From IMG/VR virus record IMGVR_UViG_3300009529_000010, positions 1 through 55,204 of that record: a stretch of DNA of 55,204 bases. One strand, written 5' to 3'. A program made the position numbers and the translations under genes. The stretch's first letter is position 1. The number at the start of each line of letters is the position of its first letter. The stretch comes from a virus. Its lineage: Duplodnaviria > Caudoviricetes. The notes beneath the pieces are model-generated. The model saw only the letters and a program-made list of their open reading frames with translations, was not told the DNA's origin and ran no database searches. Positions 1 through 10,127 of the stretch are shown here, piece after piece.

Positions 1-444
1 ACCGGCTAATTCCAGAGCAGCCTGTCGAACAATTAGGCCGGCTTTCTTGGATTTCTCGTCCGCAGCCTCCATTTGACGCAAAACTTTACGCGCCCAAGAG
101 CGCCCGGGATCGCCTCCCCAAAGTAACCACGAAACATGCCCCTTGTCCTTCCAAGGCTCTCCCTTGTGCTCTGGGGAAATTGACTTGTTTTTCTCATGCC
201 TGGAGAAAAACCCGTTCATTTGCTTTATGACCGCAGGGGATACGTTGCTTCGATTCTTAAGGTTTACCGCACGCTGTACGCCAGATCCAATACCTTCCTT
301 GGAGGCTTCCTCTGGTGTCAATCCCGCTTTGTCCCCTTTTTGCTTTCTGCGGTACTCCAACCCCTTCTCAGCGGCCTCAGCTACAGACTTTGGCGGCCGG
401 AAGTCGATGTGGTCGTACTTTTTGGGGGTGGCAACCCTTCGCAT
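1..444 (-). CDS. Conserved phage head-associated protein (partial, runs off the window edge; not in the ORF track)
   Basis: Manual translation from ATG 444 (GAGG upstream): MRRVATPKKYDHIDFRPPKSVAEAAEKGLEYR...QMNGFFSRH...VSWLLWGGDPGRSWA. The PP..VA..A..GL / F.RH / W.LWGGD.G..WA pattern is seen in phage head-region proteins. Lies next to the portal gene. Confidence 0.7.
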   Translation of the reverse strand, partial: MRRVATPKKYDHIDFRPPKSVAEAAEKGLEYRRKQKGDKAGLTPEEASKEGIGSGVQRAVNLKNRSNVSPAVIKQMNGFFSRHEKNKSISPEHKGEPWKDKGHVSWLLWGGDPGRSWARKVLRQMEAADEKSKKAGLIVRQAALELAG

Positions 445-468
445 GGATCCCTCGCAAACAGGGTTACC

Positions 469-482
469 ATAGACAAGAAACC
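469..482 (-). promoter_or_regulatory. Putative phage late promoter (GGTTTCTTGTCTAT)
   Basis: One of seven copies of a 14-nt G-N-T-W-(pyrimidine-rich)-TAT motif found shortly upstream of virion-type gene starts. Confidence 0.45.
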
Positions 483-504
483 GTATCACACAGTCCCTGG
501 CCTA

Positions 505-2301
505 TCAGAACCGGCCCGCCTCTTCTTCCTTGGGTGCCACGTACTGGAGGCCAAGGCGCTCGGCAACTTTCTGGACAGCGTCGGTGTTCTCCGCCAGTTG
601 GTCCCCGAGACGACTGTACATGCCTTCCAATACGCGGTTAAACTGCGCATCATTGACCGTCATAGTGTCTCGACGAAGCCGGTCAGCAATCAGGTTTGCG
701 TCCAGCCCAAGCGTATCGTAGATGGTCTCAATATCGAGAGACCCCTTCTGATACAGGTTGAACAGCGCATCAAAGGTCTCCTGGTTGTCTCGCAGAGCCA
801 GCCGGGTGAAGGTGACACGGGGATAGATGACCTGCTCGTTCCCGTACCCATCGGTCTCGATAAATCCCATCCGTCTACACATCGGCTTGAAAATCTGCTC
901 CTGGACAAAGCGCTGGATCTTCTCACGCAACAACATGTACCGGGTGTTGATGACCTCCAGGTTGATCCGGTCTCCCGAATAACTGGATTCCCCAGACAGC
1001 AAGGATTCTGTAACCCCCAAGCCCGCGTAAAGCTGACGAGTCACCAAATCGTACTCTCCTGAAAGCTCCAGGATACGCCCATTGGAGTTCATCTCCTCCC
1101 AGACCACCTGGAAGTTGGTAACAATGGAGTAGTCGGGATCTTGGAGGGCCAAATCGATCTGATCACGGAGAGCTTCCGTGTCCGTCTCATCCATGTTCTC
1201 GGCATACACAAGCCGAATTGGCGTCATGTGCCTAGATGCGATGCTTGTTTGTGCCTGTCGGAGCTTGTCGAAGTATACGATGATCCTCATGCAACGCTGG
1301 AGAATCGAATGGCCTCGCGGCTCATAGCTAGAGCGCTTATTCGCCATGTAGTGGACAAAGCTTCCCGCATCGGGATCTGTGTTCAGGGGGATGTTCTCCC
1401 CCTCTGTAAGGGCTCGAATGATGGTGGGATCCATCGAATCCACAACCCGCTGGGCCCTTGGGTCCCCCGACTGAGCAATTTCAAGCACATGCTTGCTCTT
1501 GGCGTCTGGGATCAGCTCCATGATGACCTCATTCGTGAAGGGAAAGGTCTCAATGTGAACTTGCTCAGGGGGGAGACAGCGAATGCCCGTCCACCCCTTG
1601 TAATGCTTCTCTAGCCAGGCGACGGCCCTTTCATTCGCGTCTGGGCGTTCGACCCACTCTTCCACGAGATCTCCGTTGTCCAAAACCTTGTTGATGACAT
1701 CATGAGTCACTTCTTTGGGCATATCCGGAGACCCGTCCTCACACCAAATGAATGCCTCCCCGATCAGGTGGAACTCATGTACGATCTCCTGGAGTTTTTC
1801 CAGGAGACCGATCCTCTCGGCCCACTGGTCACAGAATTCAAGGGACTGCCGTGATAGCTCCCCGTCCTTTGCAGGCGCGGGGGCCAGACGAATCTTGGAT
1901 AGAGGAAGCTCAGTATGAAGATCGATTGCCTGTCCGACAAAAGGCTCATTTCGGTAGAAGAACCTGTAGTAGTTCCACTGCTCGTTGACGCTCTGAGGAA
2001 GCTCCAGGAAGTCCGTAGAAAGCTCTGGGCTGTAAAAATTACCGGCACTCGCCCCAATGGTATCCCCAACTCCAAAGCCACCTCCGGCGCCGCCCCCGGC
2101 CCCCCCACCAAATCCGCCACCTCCGACCCCACAACCGGCAGCAACCTTGGCTCGATATCCGGCCCCGGCAGTCCGTGCCTGAGCCCGCATAGAACCTAGA
2201 ACCAGTTTCTTTTGGTCCGTGGGCCGTCCGGTCGTCACGTGCGGCCGTAAGGGCATACGCATTACTTCTCGTTCGCCCTGGTTATCTTTCTTCTTTGCCA
2301 T
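505..2301 (-). CDS. Phage portal protein
   Basis: About 600 aa with portal-like segments FFYRNEPFVGQAIDLHTELPLS, EFHLIGEAF and RGHSILQRC...KLRQAQ. Adjacent to the terminase. ATG 2301 (GAGG RBS) preferred over the track start at 2313. Confidence 0.85.
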   Translation of the reverse strand: MAKKKDNQGEREVMRMPLRPHVTTGRPTDQKKLVLGSMRAQARTAGAGYRAKVAAGCGVGGGGFGGGAGGGAGGGFGVGDTIGASAGNFYSPELSTDFLELPQSVNEQWNYYRFFYRNEPFVGQAIDLHTELPLSKIRLAPAPAKDGELSRQSLEFCDQWAERIGLLEKLQEIVHEFHLIGEAFIWCEDGSPDMPKEVTHDVINKVLDNGDLVEEWVERPDANERAVAWLEKHYKGWTGIRCLPPEQVHIETFPFTNEVIMELIPDAKSKHVLEIAQSGDPRAQRVVDSMDPTIIRALTEGENIPLNTDPDAGSFVHYMANKRSSYEPRGHSILQRCMRIIVYFDKLRQAQTSIASRHMTPIRLVYAENMDETDTEALRDQIDLALQDPDYSIVTNFQVVWEEMNSNGRILELSGEYDLVTRQLYAGLGVTESLLSGESSYSGDRINLEVINTRYMLLREKIQRFVQEQIFKPMCRRMGFIETDGYGNEQVIYPRVTFTRLALRDNQETFDALFNLYQKGSLDIETIYDTLGLDANLIADRLRRDTMTVNDAQFNRVLEGMYSRLGDQLAENTDAVQKVAERLGLQYVAPKEEEAGRF

Positions 2302-2309
2302 GTGGAGCC

Positions 2310-2738
2310 TCACTCACTGATATCAACGTCAGTCTCTGAAACAGAGGATGCCTTCTGGCGACTTGCCATTCGAACAGCCCCCAAAGCCGTTTGAAGGGCC
2401 TTCACCGTTTGGTGGTGCTGTCTCCCCTCCTCTGTATAACGATTCACACGAACAGACTCCGCCGCATTCAGAGCGGCAGTCAGGGAGCGAAGGGCCTGTT
2501 GGATGTTCTGGTCAATCGCGGGAGCAACGGAAGCAACTCGCTCCTTCCGTTGTTGGAGGATCGCCCTTTCCCGACGCTCCCTAGTCTCCGCCGTCGCCTT
2601 TTGACGTGCTTCTCGAATCAGACGCTTCTTTTTCGTCTCCTCATCACGCCGTTCACGCATTTGACGCTTAACTCTCTCCGAAAGGATCTCTTGGATCGTC
2701 TTTCGATTGTAGTCATCGATGTCGTCGCGTACTGACAC
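2310..2738 (-). CDS. Hypothetical coiled-coil protein
   Basis: 142-aa charged helical ORF packed tightly between the terminase and portal genes. Confidence 0.7.
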   Translation of the reverse strand: MSVRDDIDDYNRKTIQEILSERVKRQMRERRDEETKKKRLIREARQKATAETRERRERAILQQRKERVASVAPAIDQNIQQALRSLTAALNAAESVRVNRYTEEGRQHHQTVKALQTALGAVRMASRQKASSVSETDVDISE

Positions 2739-2748
2739 AGCTTACACT

Positions 2749-3009
2749 CTACCGAAAGGAAGGGGCTTTCTTCATGATTTTGCACTTTGCCGCTACTTTC
2801 AGGATCCTTTTGAGTAGATCCACGTCTGTCCCGGACCCCTTGAATACCCGTTCCCAGGAACCGCCCATCTTATAGAAGACCGCATTCACACGGTCAAACA
2901 GCTCAGGAGTAGCCTGAAACCCCTTCTTCTTGTAGAAGGTGTCCACAAGGTTCAAAAGAAACCGGTGGTCTGCCCGATTCGGGGCCATGAGTGCAAGGGG
3001 TTTTGACAT
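2749..3009 (-). CDS. Hypothetical basic protein
   Basis: 86-aa ORF whose start overlaps the terminase stop codon. Confidence 0.65.
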   Translation of the reverse strand: MSKPLALMAPNRADHRFLLNLVDTFYKKKGFQATPELFDRVNAVFYKMGGSWERVFKGSGTDVDLLKRILKVAAKCKIMKKAPSFR

Positions 3010-6000
3010 CAGTAACGTCTCCTACGCTTTGGTGGTTGTCGCTTGGGGTCCGAACCCCCTGCGAGCGCTCTCCGGTGCGCCGCTCGACGCATAGCAGCGC
3101 TCACCCCGGGGACCCCAATCCCGGCAGGGGCGTTCCGTTTTTTCTGGCCAGCAATGTGCCCTCTGCGGCCCATGTTATTGGAAGCCAGCCACACAGAACG
3201 AACAATACAATCCGCCATGTCATCGTGTTTCCCTTCTACCTGGGGGGCTGCCACATTGATAATGTACTTGGACTTGTATTCAGCTTGAAGCTCTAAAAGC
3301 TCTTGGAGGTACGCCATGTGCTCAGGAAGCTCTTCATCCCTCTGTTTCGCTCGGGCCCGATCTTGTGGGGTGTAGTCAAACAACTGCAACCGTTTATCCC
3401 ACATCATCGCCTTGAAGTTCTGATACATCTCCGAGTTCTTCACTGCGGTCATGTGTTCCCCCCGAAGTTGCTGCAACCCTTTTTTGGCAAGAGCCTGCTC
3501 CAAAGGGATGGCGTTCCACTGGTCAAAGATCCCCTCAGCGATGTAGAATCGACGAGAGATCAGGTAAATCCAATCAGCAATGTCATCGAATTCCAGGCGT
3601 TCTTTGTCCGTAAACTCCCCAAACCCTGCTTGGATAGTGTCGATGTAATCAAGAACGATATCCCCCTCTGGGGCCACATGTGTAATCGCTAGAGCACTGG
3701 GGTCTCCCACAAGACCAAGGTCGAAGCCAAGGTAATGGCTAAGACGGGGGGTTCCTCGGGAACGAGGGCGCAGGCCCGGAATCACACAAGCCAACAGATC
3801 CTTGGGATCGTCCAACCAACCCAGGGTTCGGTCGGAGAATCGGCCACCGAACTCTGTAAAGAACACGTTGGCGTCCTTGGCGTAGTTCTCCTTGAACACG
3901 CCGGCAGAGATCGTTGGGTTGACCTCCCAAGTAGGCGCCTGAATACACAGCATGTTTTCGGATCCTGGGGCGTTATCCATCCCCATCCGAAACAGCTTGT
4001 AAAACAATCCCTGCTTACCCAAAGGGCTCGAAATCAAGATGATACGAGCATCCGATTTGGTTTCTGGACCGTCAATTGGGTTCCCCTCATCATCCTTGGG
4101 GGTAAACGCCGCCGCCGAGGGAGCCACAGCATCATAGACAGCCTCCGCAGACCCGCCCCCCTTTTCCACAAAGTGGGCGACCTCATCCATGATGATGACC
4201 ACGTTACCAGAACCACGGATACCTCCGGCATTCGATGCCTTGAAGGTAACCATGATGCTGGCCTTCGCTTTTTCATTCTCAGCGTAGGGGCCGTAAGTGT
4301 CGATGTCATACGGAGTCTGGAACTTCGCATACGACATCGTGTTGTTCGCTGTGTACTGCTTGAAGTACGAACAGCGCTTGAAGTGGGAGGACACCTCATT
4401 ATACAGAAGCGACGCCTGGTCTTTCCCTGTAGCAACTGAGATCAACTGAAGGGTGTTTGATTGGGCGACCCCGTAGTATTTCTGAGGGTTCCCTTTCTTG
4501 ATCAGCTTGTAGACCTCATAGGCAGCAACACAGGAACTCAAAAGGGTGTTGTGGTTTGTAATTCCATTAGCAACAAAGCTCTCCCCGTCCGGAACATTGA
4601 AATCATAAACTTCTGTTTGGCTATCCTTTATGGAGGATACGGGGTCCCAGAAGTAATCTGCTGCCAAAAGATCTTCAAAGTGCCGACACTCCTCGCTATC
4701 CCCTAAGCCCAACTCCCTGGCCAAAGAGAGGGCTTGTCTCATTCTTGGATACGTTAGACGCTCTGAAGAAGATGTCTTGATGGTGTTTCCAAGCGCTCCC
4801 CGCATATGCGTGCGACACCACCCTTGGCCCATCTTCGCCTTGGGCACCAATTCCAAAAGCCTACGACACCATTCCCGTTGGTAAGGAACGGATTCAGAAT
4901 CTTTGCCCTCTCTTGTCGCCAAGGCTAAACTTTGCTCTAAGGGTCCCTGTTTCTTCCGAGAATCGAATCCCACGAGATCGCAAAATGCTTGTCTAGACCT
5001 AAGACCGCGAATGGACAAGATATAGTAATGACGTTGGGTTTTCTCAACCCACTTCAATTTGAGAGATGACACAATCCCTAGGTTTAGCAGGAGGGTCTGA
5101 GTCTCTCGGGCTAACTCATAAGAGGCACTGCTAAAGGAAACGGTTTTTCCGTTGCTTTCAACGCCCCCATCCGTTTCAAACAGGCCACGGAGGTATGCAC
5201 ACACCACCGATTTAGGTGACTTCATAATCACCCAGGGTGTCCTTTTTTCATACCTCCCTGAAGTTTGGGTCCAGCCCAAACTGTCAAAAAAAGATCTCCA
5301 ACCTAAACCGAAAACCGACAAGTTTCCGGTAGTCGCAGTTCGGAGATCCTTCTTAACTTTTGGAGGCTCCCCCAGCAATCGCTCCATGAGTGCAGTCAGT
5401 TCTGCCCAGGTCTCATCATGTGCGACTGTAACGGATATACCGTTTTTCAATGTCCAAGAGCCGTCTCCAACCAGATAGCCTAGAAACCTGCCCCAGTCCT
5501 CAGTCAAAGACTCTGGGAATTGAACCTCTTTGTACCCTCGGTTGTTATGGAAAGCGGTAAGATCAACGTAATTCGAAGCCCAGAGATCGGTTGTTCGATG
5601 GATCCCTACAAAGTCCCCTGCTCGTAGGTCATCCAGGTATTTCCACTGGATCCTTCCATCCGCCCCCATCACCCGGACACGGTGGTTGGGAGTGCCTTCA
5701 AGGGCAAACCCACATCGAGTTTTGAACTTCCGAGTTTCCCGCACCCCCCCTCGATAGAAGTAAGCCGAATGAGATTTCTTCTTACCCTCCTGAGCTACCT
5801 GAATTTGAAAAGGGCTGATCTCTTTATCGGAGCAGGGCTCTGGATCCAAGTCCTTGATCTGCGAAATACCCTCATTGGTCAAAACAAGAGTGTCACCTGA
5901 AACACACTTCCCGGACCTTCTGCCGATAGAAAGAATCATGTTGCGACGCTCCACACCCGGGATAACCTCACGGATGTTGGAGCGCCCGTCATCGTACAAG

Positions 6001-6281
6001 TAGGCCAGGTATTCGGCTTCGGTTAACCATCTTTCGTTCTCACGCTTCCAATCCGTGATCTTGAAGCGGTTATTCGGGTCGTTATCAAGCTCAATACCAT
6101 AGGTGGCTTTGAGGATGACCCGTTGGATTGGGAACAAGCGCATTCCCAGCCCCCACTCAGATTCGATAAAGGTGATGATATCAACGACATCAGAACCTTG
6201 ATTGGCTTTTCCTTGTTTGCCTGAAGTGAGTGCAATGCGGGCGAGATTGGCACCAAACCCTTTGTTCTTTGCGCCCATCAA
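3009..6281 (-). CDS. terL: Terminase large subunit (intein-containing)
   Basis: Walker A GRRSGK|T split by an intein; Walker B VIIMDEVAH; motif III ISSP; C-terminal RNase H-like nuclease (YLGFDLG, HDDMAD). Confidence 0.92.
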   Translation of the reverse strand: MMGAKNKGFGANLARIALTSGKQGKANQGSDVVDIITFIESEWGLGMRLFPIQRVILKATYGIELDNDPNNRFKITDWKRENERWLTEAEYLAYLYDDGRSNIREVIPGVERRNMILSIGRRSGKCVSGDTLVLTNEGISQIKDLDPEPCSDKEISPFQIQVAQEGKKKSHSAYFYRGGVRETRKFKTRCGFALEGTPNHRVRVMGADGRIQWKYLDDLRAGDFVGIHRTTDLWASNYVDLTAFHNNRGYKEVQFPESLTEDWGRFLGYLVGDGSWTLKNGISVTVAHDETWAELTALMERLLGEPPKVKKDLRTATTGNLSVFGLGWRSFFDSLGWTQTSGRYEKRTPWVIMKSPKSVVCAYLRGLFETDGGVESNGKTVSFSSASYELARETQTLLLNLGIVSSLKLKWVEKTQRHYYILSIRGLRSRQAFCDLVGFDSRKKQGPLEQSLALATREGKDSESVPYQREWCRRLLELVPKAKMGQGWCRTHMRGALGNTIKTSSSERLTYPRMRQALSLARELGLGDSEECRHFEDLLAADYFWDPVSSIKDSQTEVYDFNVPDGESFVANGITNHNTLLSSCVAAYEVYKLIKKGNPQKYYGVAQSNTLQLISVATGKDQASLLYNEVSSHFKRCSYFKQYTANNTMSYAKFQTPYDIDTYGPYAENEKAKASIMVTFKASNAGGIRGSGNVVIIMDEVAHFVEKGGGSAEAVYDAVAPSAAAFTPKDDEGNPIDGPETKSDARIILISSPLGKQGLFYKLFRMGMDNAPGSENMLCIQAPTWEVNPTISAGVFKENYAKDANVFFTEFGGRFSDRTLGWLDDPKDLLACVIPGLRPRSRGTPRLSHYLGFDLGLVGDPSALAITHVAPEGDIVLDYIDTIQAGFGEFTDKERLEFDDIADWIYLISRRFYIAEGIFDQWNAIPLEQALAKKGLQQLRGEHMTAVKNSEMYQNFKAMMWDKRLQLFDYTPQDRARAKQRDEELPEHMAYLQELLELQAEYKSKYIINVAAPQVEGKHDDMADCIVRSVWLASNNMGRRGHIAGQKKRNAPAGIGVPGVSAAMRRAAHRRALAGGSDPKRQPPKRRRRY
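4548..5906 (-). mobile_element. Intein with LAGLIDADG homing endonuclease in TerL (453 aa)
   Basis: Starts CVSGDTLV, has block B GTPNHRV and LAGLIDADG motifs LGYLVGDG and LRGLFETDG, ends FVANGITNHN followed by Thr+1. Confidence 0.92.
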
Positions 6282-6967
6282 TCACCGCCCTTCATGGCAA
6301 TGCGGGCCTCTTCCTCCCATGTATCATCACTAATGCGTTCGGAGAGTGCAGTCATGATCACCTGGATCTCGTCTGCGGTGACGCCCTCTGTAGCAAGAGC
6401 TTCTCTAAAGGTTTCCACGATGAATGAGAACAGACGGCTGAACGCCGTACTGTTCATATCGATGGTCTTGTTAGCAATCTGGTCCTTGCGCTTTAGCCAA
6501 GTGTCCGCCACCGCCTTCAACGCATTGATTCTCCGCAGACTGATCTGGCTCGTCTCACGACCCCCCATCTCGGCCTGTTGGCGTTCGAACTCCAGCGAGG
6601 CAGCCTCACGAGCAAACCCTTGCATGACAAAGTGCAAGACATCGTCGGACTCAACATCCTTCTCTACCTTGGTAAGGAGATCGTCTCGCTTGAAGAACTC
6701 CCTACGAAGCTGGGCAATCTCCGCAATCTTGGCGTTGGCGGGCTTTTGTGGCTTGGGCTTCTTACGACGGCCTGGATGGTTGTCCATCGTAATCGGAACG
6801 CCATGTGTATCCAATACGATATCGTCAGTGTCCGCTACATTGTCGTGGCCGTTTTCAATATCTCTCCACTGCTCAATGCCTTTTTCATTGCGCACCTTAA
6901 GGCGAACAGCATTCTTTGGAAGACTATCTAAAAGCTCTTGTCTGGTTCTATGGTTTGGGGCCGCCAT
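6278..6967 (-). CDS. Probable terminase small subunit
   Basis: 229-aa helical ORF immediately upstream of and overlapping terL, with a strong AGGAGG RBS. The function is inferred from position only. Confidence 0.45.
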   Translation of the reverse strand: MAAPNHRTRQELLDSLPKNAVRLKVRNEKGIEQWRDIENGHDNVADTDDIVLDTHGVPITMDNHPGRRKKPKPQKPANAKIAEIAQLRREFFKRDDLLTKVEKDVESDDVLHFVMQGFAREAASLEFERQQAEMGGRETSQISLRRINALKAVADTWLKRKDQIANKTIDMNSTAFSRLFSFIVETFREALATEGVTADEIQVIMTALSERISDDTWEEEARIAMKGGD

Positions 6968-6991
6968 GCGCCCTCCTTTCTATCTATCCCC

Positions 6992-7594
6992 TCACGGGGG
7001 AAGGATCGTGGGAGGACGAAGCGGACTCAAGTTTGAAGCGTAGTCCAATTTCTCATCCTCGCTCACAAAGGTGAACGTGAAGTTTTTTGCCCCTCCCCGA
7101 TATGCGGCCCGGAAGCGAAGACGGTCTCCAACCGCGCCTTCTGGGCCCTCAACGGTAATCACGGCACCCGCCGCTATCGCGTCATAACCAGGAAGATTGC
7201 TGATCGCCGCTGCAATATTCGTGGCCGTCGCTCCGGCCCCACCGCCCACCACATAGTCACGGTTCGATACGATCTCGTAGGGGCCGAGATACAAGCTCGC
7301 AAAGGTCCCCTGAAACCCGTTGTCCGTTACCTCCACGATGCCTGTAGGGCGCTGAGGGGGGTTCGTCAAGAAGGGCTCCAAGTTCTCCTGGAGCGTCGAG
7401 ACCACAACACTACGTGCCATCCCGGATCCCACTAGGGTAGTTGCGAACCCTAGTTGAGGAAGATGACGGAACTCAAACCCCGTTCGGATCTTGACCGGCC
7501 CTACGTTCGCCAACCGACCTCGCAGCAAGCTCGGCATCGGGCTGGAAAAGTTAGCCACCAGAATCTTGAATTTTGGCTGTGAAGAACCTGGCAT
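6992..7594 (-). CDS. Putative virion structural protein
   Basis: Contains the module GATATNIAAAI...A.GAVITV, typical of phage structural proteins and also seen in 12901-14502. Confidence 0.55.
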   Translation of the reverse strand: MPGSSQPKFKILVANFSSPMPSLLRGRLANVGPVKIRTGFEFRHLPQLGFATTLVGSGMARSVVVSTLQENLEPFLTNPPQRPTGIVEVTDNGFQGTFASLYLGPYEIVSNRDYVVGGGAGATATNIAAAISNLPGYDAIAAGAVITVEGPEGAVGDRLRFRAAYRGGAKNFTFTFVSEDEKLDYASNLSPLRPPTILPP

Positions 7595-7599
7595 AGCTG

Positions 7600-8115
7600 T
7601 TACTCCCCCGGGGGCCTAAGCACCTGCTGAATAAGGTACATGTTGACTTCGTGACGATCGGCCAGATCTTCAAGAAGGTTTTTCAACCCAATCGTCATAC
7701 GCCCATCCTTTTCTAGAGCCTTGATTGAGTACGCGATGACCTTCTGAAAATCGGCTTCCGAAACCAGAGCGCGACGATGATGGCACGAAACCTTGCACCA
7801 CCTATCACACCAAGCCATCATCTTGGGCATCAGACGATCGATATCTACTGAGGGGGTGCCAAACAAACCGACCAAGCGCTCGGCAAGGGCATCGATATCC
7901 CCTTGGATCCCCTCATCGCTGTCGTTCTCTTCGTCCCCCTCGTAAAGACGTTGGAACAGGAGATGATTGCCGTAGTAGCCGTCTCCTGACGCTTGCCAAT
8001 GGGCGTTTTGGTACATCATGTACTGTTGACGCAAACACGCCAATAGCCATTGAAGTGACTCAACGCAGCTAGAGGATTGATCCGACATGAAGGACCACTT
8101 GTCAAAGACGCTCAT
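7600..8115 (-). CDS. Dps/ferritin-like four-helix bundle protein
   Basis: HWQASGDGYYGNHLLFQRLYE...DALAER matches the Dps-type HW..G....H.LF..LY...D.LAER ferroxidase pattern. Confidence 0.75.
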   Translation of the reverse strand: MSVFDKWSFMSDQSSSCVESLQWLLACLRQQYMMYQNAHWQASGDGYYGNHLLFQRLYEGDEENDSDEGIQGDIDALAERLVGLFGTPSVDIDRLMPKMMAWCDRWCKVSCHHRRALVSEADFQKVIAYSIKALEKDGRMTIGLKNLLEDLADRHEVNMYLIQQVLRPPGE

Positions 8116-10127
8116 ACCTCAAACCCCCCAAAAGACACGTCCTTCAACGTCGAAGGAAGAAGCTCGTCCTCAACTTCTACATCGTCTAGGGACGCGTTGT
8201 GCAGCCCAAACTCATCGACAATGTTCAAGTCCCGCTGTATGTCGTTACCCTGAAACAGACCCGCGGTTTCCTCTTGGTCCGTCTCGTTCTTTGCCGCAAT
8301 CATCGCACGCTGGTAAGCTTCGGGATCTGGGTGCGGGACCACATCGGTCAAGGTCTTATTGTACTTCTGGCACTTGTTATTTGCGTTACGGAACACGCAG
8401 GATCCACAACGGTCCATCGAGAGGACAAACTTTAGGTTGTTGGCCCGGTGCTTGAGAGCACCCTCTTCACATCCGGTAGTCCCTGTCTTTGACGCATACG
8501 CTGAAGCGTCCACATACAGGTGCCCTGCCAAGCCCTCATGCTTCTTGCGGATCTGCACCAGATTCCCTGATACCTCAGAGGCAACACGGGACATGAACTT
8601 CCGGTCAATGAGCTGGTCCAACTCGTGACCCGCAAAGCCCTCGTTCATAGCCTGCTTGACCCACCGCTCTGCAACACGCTGACGATCGTTTTTCAGCGTA
8701 TCAGCCCTCTTGGTAGAGGCCAAGACTGCTCGGGCTTCTTCGTATCCCACCTCCGGGATCGTGTTGAGCCGGCCCTCGCCGTCCCCCTGATACTTGGCTT
8801 TCTTGACCCTCTGCACGATCAGCGTCGCCGAGGACTTGAGTAGGTCTGCGGGCTCCAACCGTTTCGACACAAGTGTCTTGATCTCGGATTCTGAAAGAAG
8901 GCCAGCCTTCTTCCACGCAAGCACCTGCTTTTGCACATGCTTACGCTCATTCGCCCGGATTTTCTCCTCACGCGAGACCACTTCACGAGGAGAAGGTTGA
9001 TGCTCCCGAAGGGCCTTCTCCGCTTCCTTTTTGGTCACAAGGTCTGCCGGCATTGTGTGCCGAACCTTGGTGGTCTCAATGTGTCGTTTGGGCAAGCGTA
9101 CTTCCGCCAGGAAGGCTTGACGAAGCAACTCTCGCTTGTCAGATGCCTTCTTTGACGAAGGGTCCAAACGTCCAGTGTGAATCAGATCAGGAGCATACTT
9201 GGCGTACACCCAATCCCAGTCGATCTCCTGGGGGGAAGAAACCTCTTTCAGACCCGTCGAGCAGGCACATCCAGAGCAGTCCTCTCCAGGACACGCGACC
9301 AGATACCGGGCCTTCTTCGCGGCCTTAGCAAACTGCTTTGACCATTTCCCTCGATGCAATCCAGGGAAGGCAGAAGCCCGAATGTACACGTTGCCCACCA
9401 AACCATGTTCCGCCTTGATTGCCTGAACGGCCTTCGCAATATGCTTGGCCTCCTTGGGTCGAATTTGGCTACCCAGATCCTTCAAAATCTTGTCTAAGGG
9501 CGATCCCGCTGTCGACTGGCGCATGGCCGAACGGACAAGGCTCGCCAGTTTCTCTGCATGTAGCTTGTCGTCGTCCTCGGGGCCGTCTACCTCCTCAAGA
9601 TAGAGAAGATCCTCTCGGTCCTTCAAATCGATACGGTAGATGCCATCCGTCCGGTCCCCCCAACATTCCTGAAGCTCCGTGATCATGCCGTCCGTGGGAT
9701 CGTCCGGAAGGCGCTCGGGGTCCTGATATGCGCCGGAAAGCCACGTAAGATCGACAATCCCAGTGTTCTCCCAGTCCTCTCGTGGTACAGAGACTACATT
9801 TGCTTGGCGGACCACCTCGGCCAGAGAAGGCAGGTTCGGGTCGGCCTCCTCCACATCGGTAATCCCGATGTCAGCTAGATCGAATAGAGCCTCATCGTCA
9901 GAAATGACCGTATCCGAGAAGTCGATATCATCACACTCGCCGACAATCAAACCGTCAGGAAGCTTGGCAAACCCAGACTGAGGAGGCTGGGGGAGCCCCT
10001 CTTTACCTGAAGGATCACGGACCCCATGACCGTAATCCATATCAAAGTCGAACCCGTCCATAAGGTAGTTCGAGCCCCAGTTCTCATTGAGTTCGCTGGG
10101 GAGTTTGGATTTGGCCTTCTTAGACAT
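8112..10127 (-). CDS. Large hypothetical virion/head protein
   Basis: 671 aa with an acidic N-terminus, two similar segments (EHGLVGNVYIRASAF / KHEGLAGHLYVDASAY), Cys clusters and the RVAERWVKQA tag. Confidence 0.7.
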   Translation of the reverse strand: MSKKAKSKLPSELNENWGSNYLMDGFDFDMDYGHGVRDPSGKEGLPQPPQSGFAKLPDGLIVGECDDIDFSDTVISDDEALFDLADIGITDVEEADPNLPSLAEVVRQANVVSVPREDWENTGIVDLTWLSGAYQDPERLPDDPTDGMITELQECWGDRTDGIYRIDLKDREDLLYLEEVDGPEDDDKLHAEKLASLVRSAMRQSTAGSPLDKILKDLGSQIRPKEAKHIAKAVQAIKAEHGLVGNVYIRASAFPGLHRGKWSKQFAKAAKKARYLVACPGEDCSGCACSTGLKEVSSPQEIDWDWVYAKYAPDLIHTGRLDPSSKKASDKRELLRQAFLAEVRLPKRHIETTKVRHTMPADLVTKKEAEKALREHQPSPREVVSREEKIRANERKHVQKQVLAWKKAGLLSESEIKTLVSKRLEPADLLKSSATLIVQRVKKAKYQGDGEGRLNTIPEVGYEEARAVLASTKRADTLKNDRQRVAERWVKQAMNEGFAGHELDQLIDRKFMSRVASEVSGNLVQIRKKHEGLAGHLYVDASAYASKTGTTGCEEGALKHRANNLKFVLSMDRCGSCVFRNANNKCQKYNKTLTDVVPHPDPEAYQRAMIAAKNETDQEETAGLFQGNDIQRDLNIVDEFGLHNASLDDVEVEDELLPSTLKDVSFGGFEV

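Noticed and set aside
196-1062. 288-aa plus-strand ORF
   Set aside because: Antisense shadow of the portal and the partial head gene; no motifs.
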